A model generated the notes under the pieces. The model saw only the letters and a program-made list of their open reading frames with translations. It was not told the DNA's origin and did no database searches. The position numbers were made by a program, and so were the translations under genes. This document shows, in pieces, positions 26,115-39,325 of a stretch of DNA of 64,000 nt (its first letter is position 1; the number at the start of each line of letters is the position of its first letter). Source of the stretch: Neocallimastix sp. 'constans' (lineage: Eukaryota); assembly GCA_050613775.1 (NCBI GenBank), contig JBODTK010000132.1, forward strand, positions 186,001 through 250,000, read 5' to 3'.

Positions 26115-27472
26115 ATAAATTAAAATTAAATAAATAAACTTATAAATAAATAAAAAAAAAAAACAGAAATAATTCATGTTTTTTTTTTTTTTATTCTTTT
26201 ATATATTATATATTGAATAATTAAATATATTCATATATATATAATTATAAATTAAAAAAGATTTAAATATTTATAAATTCATAAATTAAGAAGTAAAGTT
26301 AATACCAAGGTAATAATTAAAATAAAAATAGATTAAATTTATTTTATAAAAAATAATTTAAAAATAAAAATAACAATAAAATAAAATATTGAAATAATTT
26401 CATAAAAAAGTTATTTAAAAAAAATAAATTAAAATAATAATACAAAATAGATAATAAAATAGAAAAAAAATTAAACTTAACGAAGTAAAAATAAATAGAA
26501 TTAACAGTAAAATGAATTGTTGAAACAGTTCTATAAGAATTATTTATTTTTTTCTTTTTTTTTTTTTTTTATTTTTAAAAAAGAAAAATAAAATAAAAAA
26601 TTAAAATAATAGTACAAAATAAATAATATAATAAAAATAATATAAAAAAAATCAAATAATTAAAAGAAATAAAAATAAATAACTATTATTAAACTATAAT
26701 TTGAAAGATTTTTAAATTTTAACTTTTATGTGTATGGTCTTATAATAATTATATTAATTATGTATAAAATTAATAATAATATTATTAAATTTAGATTAAT
26801 ATATTGTTATAAAATTAATTTTATATATTAAAAAAAAAATAATAAATAAAATAAATGAACACATCATAATTGTTATTATAAAATTGTTATTTATCATAAA
26901 TTTTTATTTTCATTGATATTTTATGATAAAATAAAGTTGAGTTTTAATTATGCGATTTTATTAATAAATTTTATTAATAAATAATCTATAAATAATGTTA
27001 ATTTATTTTACATATAATTATAATATTTTATTCATAAAATTTTACATTGAATTTATTTATTTTTATTTATATATGTTATAACAAAAACAGCGTTTACATA
27101 TGTATTTCTTTTTTTAAACTGTTATGTATTCTTAATTTAAAACAACTAATACATAAAATCTTTCCTTTAATATTAATTCAAAGAAATTTCTTATTTATTT
27201 TTAGTTTTAAATTATAGGTTAACTCGTTTTGTTTTTTTTTTTATGTATTAATAAATTAATGGAAATGTATTCTCTTCCTTGTCTAAAAAAAAAAAAAAAT
27301 AACAAAAACAGCAACAGCAATAATAAAAATAATAATTCCATATTAATAATATTTATTACCAAATAGTTTTAATTTTATTATATTAAATATTGAAGTATAA
27401 AAATTTTAAATATATAAATATGTTTTTTTTTTTTTTTTTTTTTTTTTTCCTATTATTATAATTATTATTATA

Positions 27473-27520
<48 letters not shown>

Positions 27521-29260
27521 ATCATTTCTATAAATTATTTTTTTATATATTTTATATATGTAATTATACATTATGTATGTATATACATATAATTCCTAAA
27601 AAATATTAAGTTATATAAATTATATAAATTACTTATAATTAGATAAATATAAAATTATTGTAAACAACATTTATTAAATAATAATTATAAATATATAAAA
27701 AGTGATTAAAATTAAAAAAAAATAAAAAATAAAAAAATTGAAAAAATTTCATATATTATTTTAATGTATATGAAAATATTAATATTATATATGCAATTAG
27801 AGTTCATATTATTTCCCACTTTATTTTTTATAATTTTTATAAAAGTCTAATTCTGAACCGTAGATTTTAATGGAATTTTTTAGATGATCCATTTTAAAAT
27901 AAAGTAAATTAAATATTAACTATAGAAATTTTTCAATGGGATGATTAAATATCATGATTAAATATAAATGAAGATTTTCAGAAAAAGTAAAAAATTTAAT
28001 TATAAATTTAATCTAATTATTTAACCAAATTAAAACTTTGTATGATAACAAAGGTTTATTTTAATATAAGGAAATTTTACTATATAAAATAAATTTAATT
28101 ATATAATGATATATATTATAATCATAAAATTCGAATTTATATTTTATTACTTGAATATCAAATTTAAATATAATTATAAATAAAAAAAATTTAAAATTTT
28201 TATGTATATGTAATTTTATTCCAAACATTTTAATCTTTTAACCTTTATAAAGGAATAATATAATATAATTTTAAGAATAAGTTAATAAGAATATAATATT
28301 TTTATATAAAAATTAAATATATAATAGATTTCTGAAACTATATATATTTATAATATAATTGTTATAATAAACTTAAATATCCAGTCTAAATAATGAGTAG
28401 AAAATGAATAATTTATAATTAAAGGCTAATACAATGAAAAAAGAAGTAATGGGAAATAAAAATAATATTGATTTTTATCTTTCAAAGTTTAATTTCTAAA
28501 AATAATAAAAAAAAAAAGGTTTATTATTTTTTTTTTCCTTTTATTATATCTTAACTATATTAACTATAGAATTAATAATTAGTAATCACTATGACGCATA
28601 ATTAAAAATTAAACTAATATTTGTGTATTTTTATTATATGAATATTATTAATTATTACTATGTATACAATGTTTGAAATAATATAAACTTTTATTTAGAG
28701 AAAATTTATTGGATTATAAACATTTATAATTAAATGTAAATATTCCCAAGTTATTAAATATCCTTTAATTTCTTATTATTATTATTATTATTATTACTAT
28801 TTTTATTTTTATTTATTTATTTTTTTTTTTGTTATGTTGGTAATTATGTATAGTTTCAAAATTTATTAAATTTACTTTGTATTAACCATTTTATATATAA
28901 TAAAAGAAAAAAAAAAATTTTTTTATTACAATGAAAAATTAATATTTTTATATTAATTTTGGAAAGATAAATTATTAATTTAATTTATGTAATTTTATGA
29001 TAAATTTTCTATTGAAATATTTAATTATTTTAATATTAATAATCCATAAAAGTAAACTTTATATTTAAAGTTTTTATTTATTTATATATATAATTATTTC
29101 CCCCATGAAGTTAGTAGTTTTTTTCTTTCTGGAAATATATAAATAATTGTAGTTGTAGCTTCTTTATTTAAAATTAAAAGAAATTATATATATATATATA
29201 ATTAAAAAATTTACCATTATTTAAGATTTTAATTTAAAAAAAAAAAAAAAAAAAAAAAGA

Positions 29261-30367
29261 ATGAAATTATCCACTATCTTAGGTTTAGTTACTTCTGCTT
29301 CCGCAGCTTTTGCTGATATTACTTTAAGAGAAGCTGCTAAGGATTTCATGTTTGGTGTTGCCGGTAATACTCTTTACTTCCACAATGAAACTTACGTTGA
29401 AACCATGAACACTACTTTCAACACTATGGTTGCTGAAGACGGTTGTAAATTCTCAAATGTTCAACCGGGAAGAGAAACTTTCAATTTCACTGATTGTGAT
29501 GTCCATTTAGCTAAGGCTGAAGAATTAGGTATGACTTTCAGAGGTCATTGTTTATTATGGCATGGTTTCCAACCAGGATGGTTCTTCAATTTAAAGGGTG
29601 ATGATATGAAACAAGCAATTATTGAACACATCACTGGTGTCTTAAATCATTATAGAGGTAAGGTTAAGATTTGGGATGTTGTGAATGAAGCTATTAGCGA
29701 TGATTCTACTGGTGAAAATGGTACCTTTGAATTCCGTAATACTAATATCTATCAAGAAGTCCCAGACTTTGTTGATGTTGCTTTCAAGACTGCACGTGAA
29801 GTAGATCCCGATGTTAAGTTATATTACAACGATTATAATAATGAAGGTCTTTACTCTAAAAAAACTAATTCTGTTTACAACTTAGTTAAAGATATGGTTG
29901 ATCGTGGTGTTCCAATTGACGGTGTTGGTCTTCAATATCACCTTCACACTAATGCTTATCCAACCTATGAAAATGTCATTGAATCTATGCGCAGATTTGG
30001 TGAATTAGGTCTTGATGTACAAATCACTGAAATTGATGTTAATAGTGTTCACGGTGTTTCTCAAGAAGTCTTCGATTTACAAGCTAAGCTCTATGGTGAA
30101 GCTCTCAGAGCTTGCTTAGATAGTCCATACTGTAAAGGTTTCCTTATCTGGGGTGTTGATGATCCACACAGTTGGAGAGCTGATGGTGTTCCACTTATTT
30201 TTGATGGTGACTACACTCCAAAGCCAGCTTACTATACTTTACTTAATGTTTTTAAGGAATATAATGAAAATGAAGATTCCGATGATGAAGAAGCTGTCGT
30301 TGATGATAATAGTAATGCTGTCGAAGAAGATAGTGCTGATGAATCTGATGATGAAAAACAAAACTAA
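29261..30367 (+). CDS. Secreted GH10 xylanase, single domain plus acidic tail (368 aa), more divergent paralog
   Basis: Signal peptide; EDGCKF, RGHCLLWH, WDVVNE, YNDYN, QYH, QITEID, PKPAY. Confidence 0.95.
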   Translation: MKLSTILGLVTSASAAFADITLREAAKDFMFGVAGNTLYFHNETYVETMNTTFNTMVAEDGCKFSNVQPGRETFNFTDCDVHLAKAEELGMTFRGHCLLWHGFQPGWFFNLKGDDMKQAIIEHITGVLNHYRGKVKIWDVVNEAISDDSTGENGTFEFRNTNIYQEVPDFVDVAFKTAREVDPDVKLYYNDYNNEGLYSKKTNSVYNLVKDMVDRGVPIDGVGLQYHLHTNAYPTYENVIESMRRFGELGLDVQITEIDVNSVHGVSQEVFDLQAKLYGEALRACLDSPYCKGFLIWGVDDPHSWRADGVPLIFDGDYTPKPAYYTLLNVFKEYNENEDSDDEEAVVDDNSNAVEEDSADESDDEKQN

Positions 30368-30448
30368 ACAATAATAAATACTAATATCAAATCCAAAAAA
30401 ATCCAAAAAAAAAAAAAAATTCCAAAAAAATAATAATGGTAAATAGTA

Positions 30449-30493
<45 letters not shown>

Positions 30494-30874
30494 GAAACAT
30501 CACATAATGTAAATATAAAATATAAAATATAAAATATTTATATTTATGTTTATAAATTTGTAATATAGTAGATATATATATATATATAAATAAATAAAGC
30601 AGGATAGAAAAAAAAATAAAATAAAACAAGATAGAATAGAATTATCTATAATAAAATAATAAAGTAATAAAATGATAAAATAATAAAAAATAGTATAAAA
30701 ATTATTAATACTTCAAATTTATTAGAACAATAATAAAAAAATAATAGAATATATTAAGAATATTATAAATAATTAAAATAATAAATAAAATATTAATAAT
30801 TGAAAAAATCAATTATAATATAAAATAATAATAATAATAATAATTAATATTAATTTAAATAAGCAAATTAAGAC

Positions 30875-30912
<38 letters not shown>

Positions 30913-31025
30913 TATTTCAAATAATATTTAAAATATAGAAATTAATAACAATTTTTTTAATAAATTTAAAATTCTCCCCAATTATTACTGAACTATTGTT
31001 TTAAAGTTATAATATTGATATTAAT

Positions 31026-31063
<38 letters not shown>

Positions 31064-31717
31064 TTTTTTTTATTGATAATGAAATATGATCATATATATT
31101 TAATTGTATATATTTTTAATTTAAAAGTATGATGTCAAAAATTACACAATAATAATATATAATATTTATATTGATATACTTTTCCTTTATGTATTAGTAC
31201 TTCTTTATATATATATATATATTTTTTTTTTATTCTTTTTATTAAATCTTAAAATTAATATTTATTATATTTTAATTTTTTTTAGAACCTATTTATTTTT
31301 ATTGATATAATAATATCTATTTCTTCTCATTTTTCAATATTTTAAATTTATTATCTTTGACATTATAAAAATTAAAAATTAATTTGAAATATTTTCTCGT
31401 TATATAACATCATATAACTATATAATAAAAAAAAAGATGTTATAAATATAGTATCTTCTTTTCAACAATATATATATATATATATTTTTTTAATTCTTAT
31501 TAATTTTTATTAATTATAACATTCAAAATAGGAAATAAAGAAGTTACTTATTTTATTTTAATACTTTTTTATTAATATACTATTCGGATAGTTAATCTTA
31601 TTAAAATAAAAATATATTAATTTTTTTTTTTACTAAAATGTATTAATAACCAACTAGAATTTTATTTAAATAAAAAAAAAAAAAAAGAATTTTTATAGGA
31701 TATAAAACTTTTTAATA

Positions 31718-31895
31718 ACATTCATTAATATTGATATTAATAAATTTTGATGCATATAATATTGATATTAACAAAAATAAAAAAATAAAAGTATCTACTA
31801 TTGATATTGATATTAATAAAATTATAACTATATCATATTGATATTAATATTAATAAAATTTGAACCATTATTAAATGGGAATGATTTTAGTTATA
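31718..31895. repeat. Dispersed repeat, copy 2 (see 11515-11695)
   Basis: Shared blocks as for copy 1. Confidence 0.65.
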
Positions 31896-32404
31896 AATTA
31901 ATCAACCCCTTGTTTTTTTTTTTTTTTAAAAAAAAATAAGCAATTATTTAAAAGATTACCATACGTAATTTGTTATATGTTCTATATTATTATAATAATT
32001 CCAATTATCTAATTATCTTTATTATATTTATGATATTTATTATATTATATTAATAGTTTGATATTGTTTTACATACTATATATATATTCAATATTATTAC
32101 TTTATTTGAAATAAAAAAATACTAATAATATTTTAATATTTAATATTAATTGAAATATTATGAAATTTAAAAAATATTATTACTTGAATATAGCCATAGT
32201 ATTATAATTTTTATAAAATAATTGGAAGTAAAAATAATTAAATTAATAATTAATACTATAAAATTTAATTTTTTTTTTTTTTTTTTAATTTTTTTTGTAA
32301 AGCAATCATATCTTTAAATGTATATTATATTATTTTTTATTTGATTTATTTAAAAAATAAAATAAAATAAAATAAAAAATATTTTAAAGCTTAAAAATAA
32401 TAAT

Positions 32405-32469
<65 letters not shown>

Positions 32470-32589
32470 GAAGAAGAAGAAGAAGAAGAAGAAGAAAATG
32501 ACATATATATATATTGAAATAATTAAATCATAATTAAATAAACAGGGTTATATATTTAAATATTAATAAAAAAAGTTTTTAATAAATAA

Positions 32590-33350
32590 TATGACTAATA
32601 GAAGAAAAAGATATAATTAAAGCTTTAATAATTATTATTAAAGAAAATAATTTTGCTGAATTTAAAAATTTTTGTTAAAAATAATAACTATAAATTAAAA
32701 TATTTAAGTAATAAATATTCTGATATATTAATTATAGCTATATTAAATTCCAAGCTTCACTTGATATCATTCTATTTATTTATAATTGATTTCAGTATGA
32801 AATTTTTAATATGATGACTATTTTTTTTAATTCTAATTCATTGGTGTATTGATATTTTTGATAATATTTCTTTATAATTATTAAGTAAAGATGATGTAAT
32901 AGAGTTTGAAAATTTTGTAAAGGATAATCAATATCTCTTAAAATATTTCATTGATTTTCACACATAAGCGTTAACCTTAATTATTGAAAATTATACATTA
33001 TTTAAAATTTTTAATAATATTTTAAATAATTAATTTATCATTTCTCTTCATTAGATATTATTAAAAAGAACCATCATGAAGAAGGTTACCTTCCTTTTTA
33101 TGCTGTTTCATCAAATGTTAAATGTTTTATAGCGGAAACTTTATTGTGAATCATATATATTAAAATTCTTTGGAAAGAACTGATATTACTTTTTCAACTA
33201 AGAGAGTAATATCATCTTTCTTATTAGGAAGTTTATAATAAATATTTGCATGATGATTTAATAAAGTAATTTTTCTTCAAATTTTCTTAAATATATTTTT
33301 TGGAAAAACTTAAAATTTCAAAGACCCAAATTGATAAAATCATAAGAAGG
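32590..33350 (+). pseudogene. Probable decayed ankyrin-repeat-family gene
   Basis: Fragments LKYLSNKYSDILIIAILN..ASLDIILFI and FYAVSSN...IAETLL resemble, from memory, an expanded ankyrin family of anaerobic fungi. Many stops and frameshifts. Confidence 0.4.
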
Positions 33351-33871
33351 GAAGAAAATAAAAATAATAATAATAATAATAAAAAAAAAAAAAAAAAAAA
33401 AAAGATAATATATAATGACATATGAAGTATAAAACTAACGTAGAAAATATTATATTAAAACTATTATATTAAAACTACTATAAAGCAATAATATAATATA
33501 AAGTATTAAATACTAATACTAATAATATAAATTCACAATTAATATTAATTTAATTAAATTATTATTAATAATATTTGTTATTTATTTATTTATTTATTTA
33601 TTTTTTATTTTATTATTTTATTATCAGCATTATTATTAATTGTAATTTAATTATTATTAATATTTTCTTCTTTTTTTTTATTTATTTATTTAATTATTTT
33701 ATTTTTATTTTTATATGTAATGTAGTATTGATAATAATCAATCTATAATATTTATTTTAAAAAATAATACTTTATAATTTCATTTTTAAAATATTTTGAT
33801 ATTAATGTTAATGTTTGGGTTCAGTATATGTTTAATATGAATGTAATCCATTGATTTAACTACTATTTTTT

Positions 33872-36358
33872 TTACCATTTTCCTTTACCGTTACCTTTGC
33901 CATTACCTTTTCCATTGCCTTTACCATTACCTTTTCCATTGCCTTTACCATTACCTTTTCCATTACCTTTACCATTACCTTTTCCATTGCCTTTACCATT
34001 ACCTTTTCCATTGCCTTTTCCATTACCTTTTCCATTGCCTTTACCATTATCTTCATCCTCAGTTTCAGTATCATCCTCAGCTTCAGTATCATTATCAGCT
34101 TCAGAATCATCATCAGCTTCATTATTTCCACCTTCTTCGACATTTTCAGGTGTTTCATTATCTTCATCTTCTTCGGCATTTTCAAGGTCATTATCTTCAT
34201 CTTCTTCGACATTTTCAGGTGTTTCATTTTCAACATCGCCAGTATAATCATCAGCTTCAGTTGTATCATCTTTATTATCATCAATACTTTCAGTATCACC
34301 AGTTTCTCCTTCATCGATTGTAATATTTTTGTATTCCTTTAATGTATTTAATAAGGCATAATAAGCTGGTTTTGGAGTGTAGTTAGAGTTAAAGGTAAGA
34401 GGGTATCCTTCCCTTCTCCAACTATCCCCATCACCAACACCCCAAATAATGAATCCAGTACAATTTTCACTATCTAAACAAGCTTTAAGGGCTTCTCCGT
34501 AAAGTTTTGCTTGTAAATCAAAGGCTTCCTCGGTATTACCTTCGACACTGTTAATATCCATTTCTGTAATTTGAACTTCAAGACCTAAATCATTGAATTT
34601 ACGAATATTCTTCATAACATTTTCATATGTAACAATCTTATCTGTGTGAAGATGGTATTGAATACCAACACCATCAATTGGAATTCCACGTTCGACCATA
34701 TCCTTAACAAAGTTGTACACTGAATTAGCTTTCTTACCATCACGAATATCATCACCTTCAATATCATAATCATTATAGAATAATTTGACAGAAGGATCAA
34801 CTTTACGAGCTGTTTGGAAAGCAATATCAACAAAGTTTGGTAAAGCACGGTAAATAAAACTATCACGCATGTCCCAAGTACCATCTTCACCAGTAGATTC
34901 ATCATCAATGGCTTCATTAACAACATCCCAAGTATCAATCTTTCCTTTGTAGTGATTTAAAACATTAGTAATATGATCAACTATGGTATTTTCCATTTCT
35001 TGTGGATCGGTAATTTCTTGGAACCATTGTGGTTGGTAACTATGCCAAATTAAACAATGACCTCTGAAAGCCATTCCAAGTTCTTCAGCCTTAGCTAAAT
35101 GAGCATCACAATCGTAAAACATGTAAGCACCCTTCCATTGTTGAATACTAGATAATTTACAACCATTTTCAGCAACCATATAATTGAATTTATTGGTGGC
35201 TTTATTATAATTTACATTATTAAATCTCATAGAATTAGTAGCAACACCAATTCTGAATCCATCTGCAAGATCTCTTACAGCTTCAAGCTCATCAATATTG
35301 AATACTGGTTCTTCTTCTTCCTCTTCACCATTATCTTCAATGTTGTTGTATTTCTTCAAAATATCAAGCATAGCGTAGTAAGCTGGCTTTGGAGTGTAAT
35401 CAGAGTTGAAAACAAGTGGATATCCTTCCTTTCTCCAACTATCCCCATCACCAACACCCCAAATAATGAATCCAGTACAATTTTCACTATCTAAACAAGC
35501 TTTAAGGGCTTCTCCGTAAAGTTTTGCTTGTAAGTCAAAGGCTTCCTCGGTATTACCTTCGACACTGTTAATATCCATTTCTGTAATTTGAACTTCAAGA
35601 CCTAAATCATTGAATCTACGAATATTCTTCATAACATTTTCATATGTAACAACCTTATCTGTGTGAAGATGGTATTGAATACCAACACCATCAATTGGAA
35701 CTCCACGTTCAACCATATCCTTAACAAAATTGTACACTGAATTAGCTTTCTTACCCTCACGAATATCATCACCTTCAATATCATAATCATTATAGAATAA
35801 TTTGACAGAAGGATCGACTTCACGAGCAGTTTTGAAAGCAATATCAACAAAGTTTGGTAAAGCACGGTAAATAAAACTATCACGCATGTCCCAAGTACCA
35901 TCTTCACCAGTAGATTCATCATCAATGGCTTCATTAACAACATCCCAAGTATCAATCTTTCCTTTGTAGTGATTTAAAACATTAGTAATATGATCAACTA
36001 TGGTATTTTCCATTTCTTGTGGATCGGTAATTTCTTGGAACCATTGTGGTTGGTAACTATGCCAAATTAAACAATGACCTCTGAAAGCCATTCCAAGTTC
36101 TTCAGCCTTAGCTAAATGAGCATCACAATCGTAATACATGTAAAAGCCCTTCCATGGTTGAATACTAGATAATTTACAACCATTTTCAGCAACCATATAA
36201 TTGAATTTTTTTGTGGCTCTAATATATGCATCATCATTAAATCTCATAGAGTTGGTAGCAACACCAATTCTGAAATCCTTAGCTGCATCTTTAATAGAAA
36301 TCGCAGCTACAGATAAGAATGAAGTGGTAATTAAATTTATAATATTATGAAATCCCAT
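33872..36358 (-). CDS. Secreted double-GH10 xylanase (828 aa) with acidic region and C-terminal (NGKG)14-KW tail
   Basis: Signal peptide; two complete GH10 domains (1017-nt internal repeat), each with WDVVNE and QITEMD; 12-bp repeat at 33881-34048. Confidence 0.95.
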   Translation of the reverse strand: MGFHNIINLITTSFLSVAAISIKDAAKDFRIGVATNSMRFNDDAYIRATKKFNYMVAENGCKLSSIQPWKGFYMYYDCDAHLAKAEELGMAFRGHCLIWHSYQPQWFQEITDPQEMENTIVDHITNVLNHYKGKIDTWDVVNEAIDDESTGEDGTWDMRDSFIYRALPNFVDIAFKTAREVDPSVKLFYNDYDIEGDDIREGKKANSVYNFVKDMVERGVPIDGVGIQYHLHTDKVVTYENVMKNIRRFNDLGLEVQITEMDINSVEGNTEEAFDLQAKLYGEALKACLDSENCTGFIIWGVGDGDSWRKEGYPLVFNSDYTPKPAYYAMLDILKKYNNIEDNGEEEEEEPVFNIDELEAVRDLADGFRIGVATNSMRFNNVNYNKATNKFNYMVAENGCKLSSIQQWKGAYMFYDCDAHLAKAEELGMAFRGHCLIWHSYQPQWFQEITDPQEMENTIVDHITNVLNHYKGKIDTWDVVNEAIDDESTGEDGTWDMRDSFIYRALPNFVDIAFQTARKVDPSVKLFYNDYDIEGDDIRDGKKANSVYNFVKDMVERGIPIDGVGIQYHLHTDKIVTYENVMKNIRKFNDLGLEVQITEMDINSVEGNTEEAFDLQAKLYGEALKACLDSENCTGFIIWGVGDGDSWRREGYPLTFNSNYTPKPAYYALLNTLKEYKNITIDEGETGDTESIDDNKDDTTEADDYTGDVENETPENVEEDEDNDLENAEEDEDNETPENVEEGGNNEADDDSEADNDTEAEDDTETEDEDNGKGNGKGNGKGNGKGNGKGNGKGNGKGNGKGNGKGNGKGNGKGNGKGNGKGNGKGKW

Positions 36359-37439
36359 TTGTTTACTACAATGATTTTAAAAGGGATAATTTGAATAATT
36401 TTTTTTTTTTTTGAATGAAAAAAAACTTTTGTTAATCTTTTTATTACATATTTATATTAATTTCAAACATATATTTTTTAAATATAAAAAGTAAATTATA
36501 TAAACTCTCACTATATACTAAAATACTATAATCTCATAATATAGAATGATCTAATTTATTATTTTTTATTTTAAGAGATTTGTAAAAAATTATAAAATGT
36601 ATACCTATTTTAATCAAGTTTATTTTAAAATTTATAATGATTAAAATTTTTATAGTGTTAATAATATGTAAATATAATTAATAATAAATAAAAAATTTAT
36701 CATTAATTAAATATTAATATTTAATTATTAATATTTATATTTTATTTATTAAATATAAATATATAAGTATATTTTATATAATAATGAATTTATAAACTAA
36801 TAGTGAAGGAATAATTTATATAATTATATTTTTATATCATTATTAAGACATAATTACCAAAAATTAAATAATCAAATAATTAATATTTTGGAAATAACGA
36901 ACCGAAATATAATATGTTATATTTAAAATGTTTTGGAAAGTTGTATTTCTCAATGTGGCTTATGAATTGATATTAAAGTCATAAAATTTTTAATATTTAT
37001 TATACTATTATATATAAATAACAAAATTAAATAAAATTTGGAAAATTAAATAAATAAATTATTATCAAATTTTGAAAATAAATATAAATGTATTATTATT
37101 AAAAAAATAAAAATAAAAATATTGTAAATATTTTATTAATCACTTCCTAACTAAAAAGATTTAGTAATTAATATTATAATAATAATAAATAATTAAATTT
37201 TAATAATAAAATAAATAGTAAATAATTAAACATAAATAATAAATAATTATATATAACCTTTTTTTTTGAAAAATAAAATATTTTATACTTAAAAAGATTT
37301 AATAATTAATTCTAATTTATTCAATATAAAAAATAAATATATAATATAATTAAATATGTTATAAATAATTAAATATAAAATAACAATTTAATAAAAATAA
37401 CAAATAATTAAATAAATATTTTACTTTTTAAAAAAAATA

Positions 37440-38060
37440 AAATATATTTTCATTGTTATTTATAAAAAGGCATATCAGATGCTGTAGAAAAATTATTTCT
37501 TAATATAAATATTAAATACTGTATTTGGTACTATAAAAGGACATTAGAGTTTAAACATAATGAATTATGTTATAATGAAGCAAAATATAATAATATATAT
37601 ATTTATTAAAAGATGATTTCGAAACTTACCATTTGTATATCCTGAATATATTATTGATACTTATAGTAAAATTAGGTATAAAATAAATAATAATAACCAA
37701 TTTTTGAAATTTTTAGAATATTTAAAATAAAACTATTTAAAAGATAATAAAAATAGGAATTATTATAAAAAAATAGAACATATAACAAATAATGTATCCG
37801 AACCTTTCAATAATTATTTAAATAATTTATTTTAAAAAAACCTTCTTTTAATAAATAAATATATGTATTAAAACATGAAGAATCTTTATCTTATGCTGAT
37901 TATAAAAGGAAAAATGTAAAAATTCTGAATAAAAAAAAATATTAGAAAAAACTGATGAAATCAATATTTTAATTATAAAATACAAAAACTATGGAATCCA
38001 AATTAATTGATAATGGAAGACTTAGAAATAGTATTATTGAATTATGGATTTAATGTTTAA
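37440..38060 (+). pseudogene. Degenerate Mutator/MULE transposase, C-terminal part
   Basis: SDAVEKLFLNINIKYCIWYYKRTLE and TNNVSEPFNNYL (TNNxxExxN motif), frameshifted. Confidence 0.7.
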
Positions 38061-38415
38061 TTTAAATAATATAAATGCTGTAATATAACAAGAAAAATAT
38101 GAAATTTTATTGTTTTAATTTTTTTTTTTTATCTTTAATCACAAAGATAAAAAATAACTAAATAAAAAAAAAAAAAAAAAAAAAAACACCTACTTCACAA
38201 AAATAAAATATTTTGTAAAAGTAGAAAAAATTTTTTTTAACCTTTCTAATTTTTAATTTTTTTTTCATTTAAATTACTTATAAATTTAAAGAATATTTTA
38301 TTTCTTTTAAGTATATATATAATACAAATTTCAAAAACATACTTTAAATTTTTTTTTTTTTTTTTTTTTTAATTCTCTTTTAAATAAATTTGAAAGTATA
38401 ATAAAAAGAATCTAA

Positions 38416-39325
38416 TGCATTTCGTAATGTGGCCTATTTTATGCATGTGACTTTTTTTTAAATAATTAAATAAATAATAATTAAATAAATAATAAATATT
38501 CTTTTTTTTATATATATAATTTATTAATATTTAATTGTAAAAATAATTTTTTATAATTCTTTTTTAATAGAATATATTATTATTTCTTTTGAAATAGATA
38601 TTTAATAATATTTAGTTGAAAAATATATTATTATTTATAAATTATTTATAATTGTATAGAATATCTTAAAAATCTATGTCTTAATTTTTTATTATTATAA
38701 GCCACATTTCGAAATGTACGATTGCAAAATTCATGATCCTATTTTCTATTTTTAGTTTATGACTTTAAAATTTAAAAGGATTGAATTTATCATTATATTC
38801 ATACTTTATTTTTTCATATCATTTCATAAGCTAAATTTAATAAATTTAAGCTTAAACTTGGAATTTAAATATAAAGTTATATTTTATTCCTGATTATCCT
38901 ATTTATTTTTAAATATAAAGCTATATTTTATTCCTGTTTATCCTATTTATTTTTAAATATGTTATATTTTATTCTTATCTATATAATATTAACAGGAACA
39001 GATTAATGGGGTATATTTCCATCTTTTCATTCCTTATTTTATATTAACTAACTTTTTCAATGAAAAGTTTATTATAAAAAATAAATAGGTTAAACAAGAA
39101 TAAAATATAGCCTTATATTTAAAAGTAAATAGGATAAACAGTAATAAAATATACCTTTATATTTATGGCGAATTTTCGTATGTGGCTTGTTTTTAATAAT
39201 TAAATAAATAATATATATTCTTTTTTTTATATATAATTTATTATTATTCAATTGAAAAAATAATTTTTTATAATTCTTTTTTAATAAAATGTACTATTAT
39301 TTCTTTTGAAATAGTTATTTAAACA
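38416..39325. mobile_element. MITE/foldback-like repeat complex
   Basis: Inverted pair CATTTCGTAATGTGGC (~38418) and GCCACATTTCGAAATG (38701); ~43-bp tandem units at ~38865-38970 with inverted copies at ~39075-39165; ~38455-38610 is repeated directly at ~39190-39322. Confidence 0.6.

Noticed and set aside
38865..39165. CRISPR-like ~43-bp repeats
   Set aside because: No unique spacers, no cas genes, eukaryotic context; the repeats are tandem and inverted as in transposon ends.
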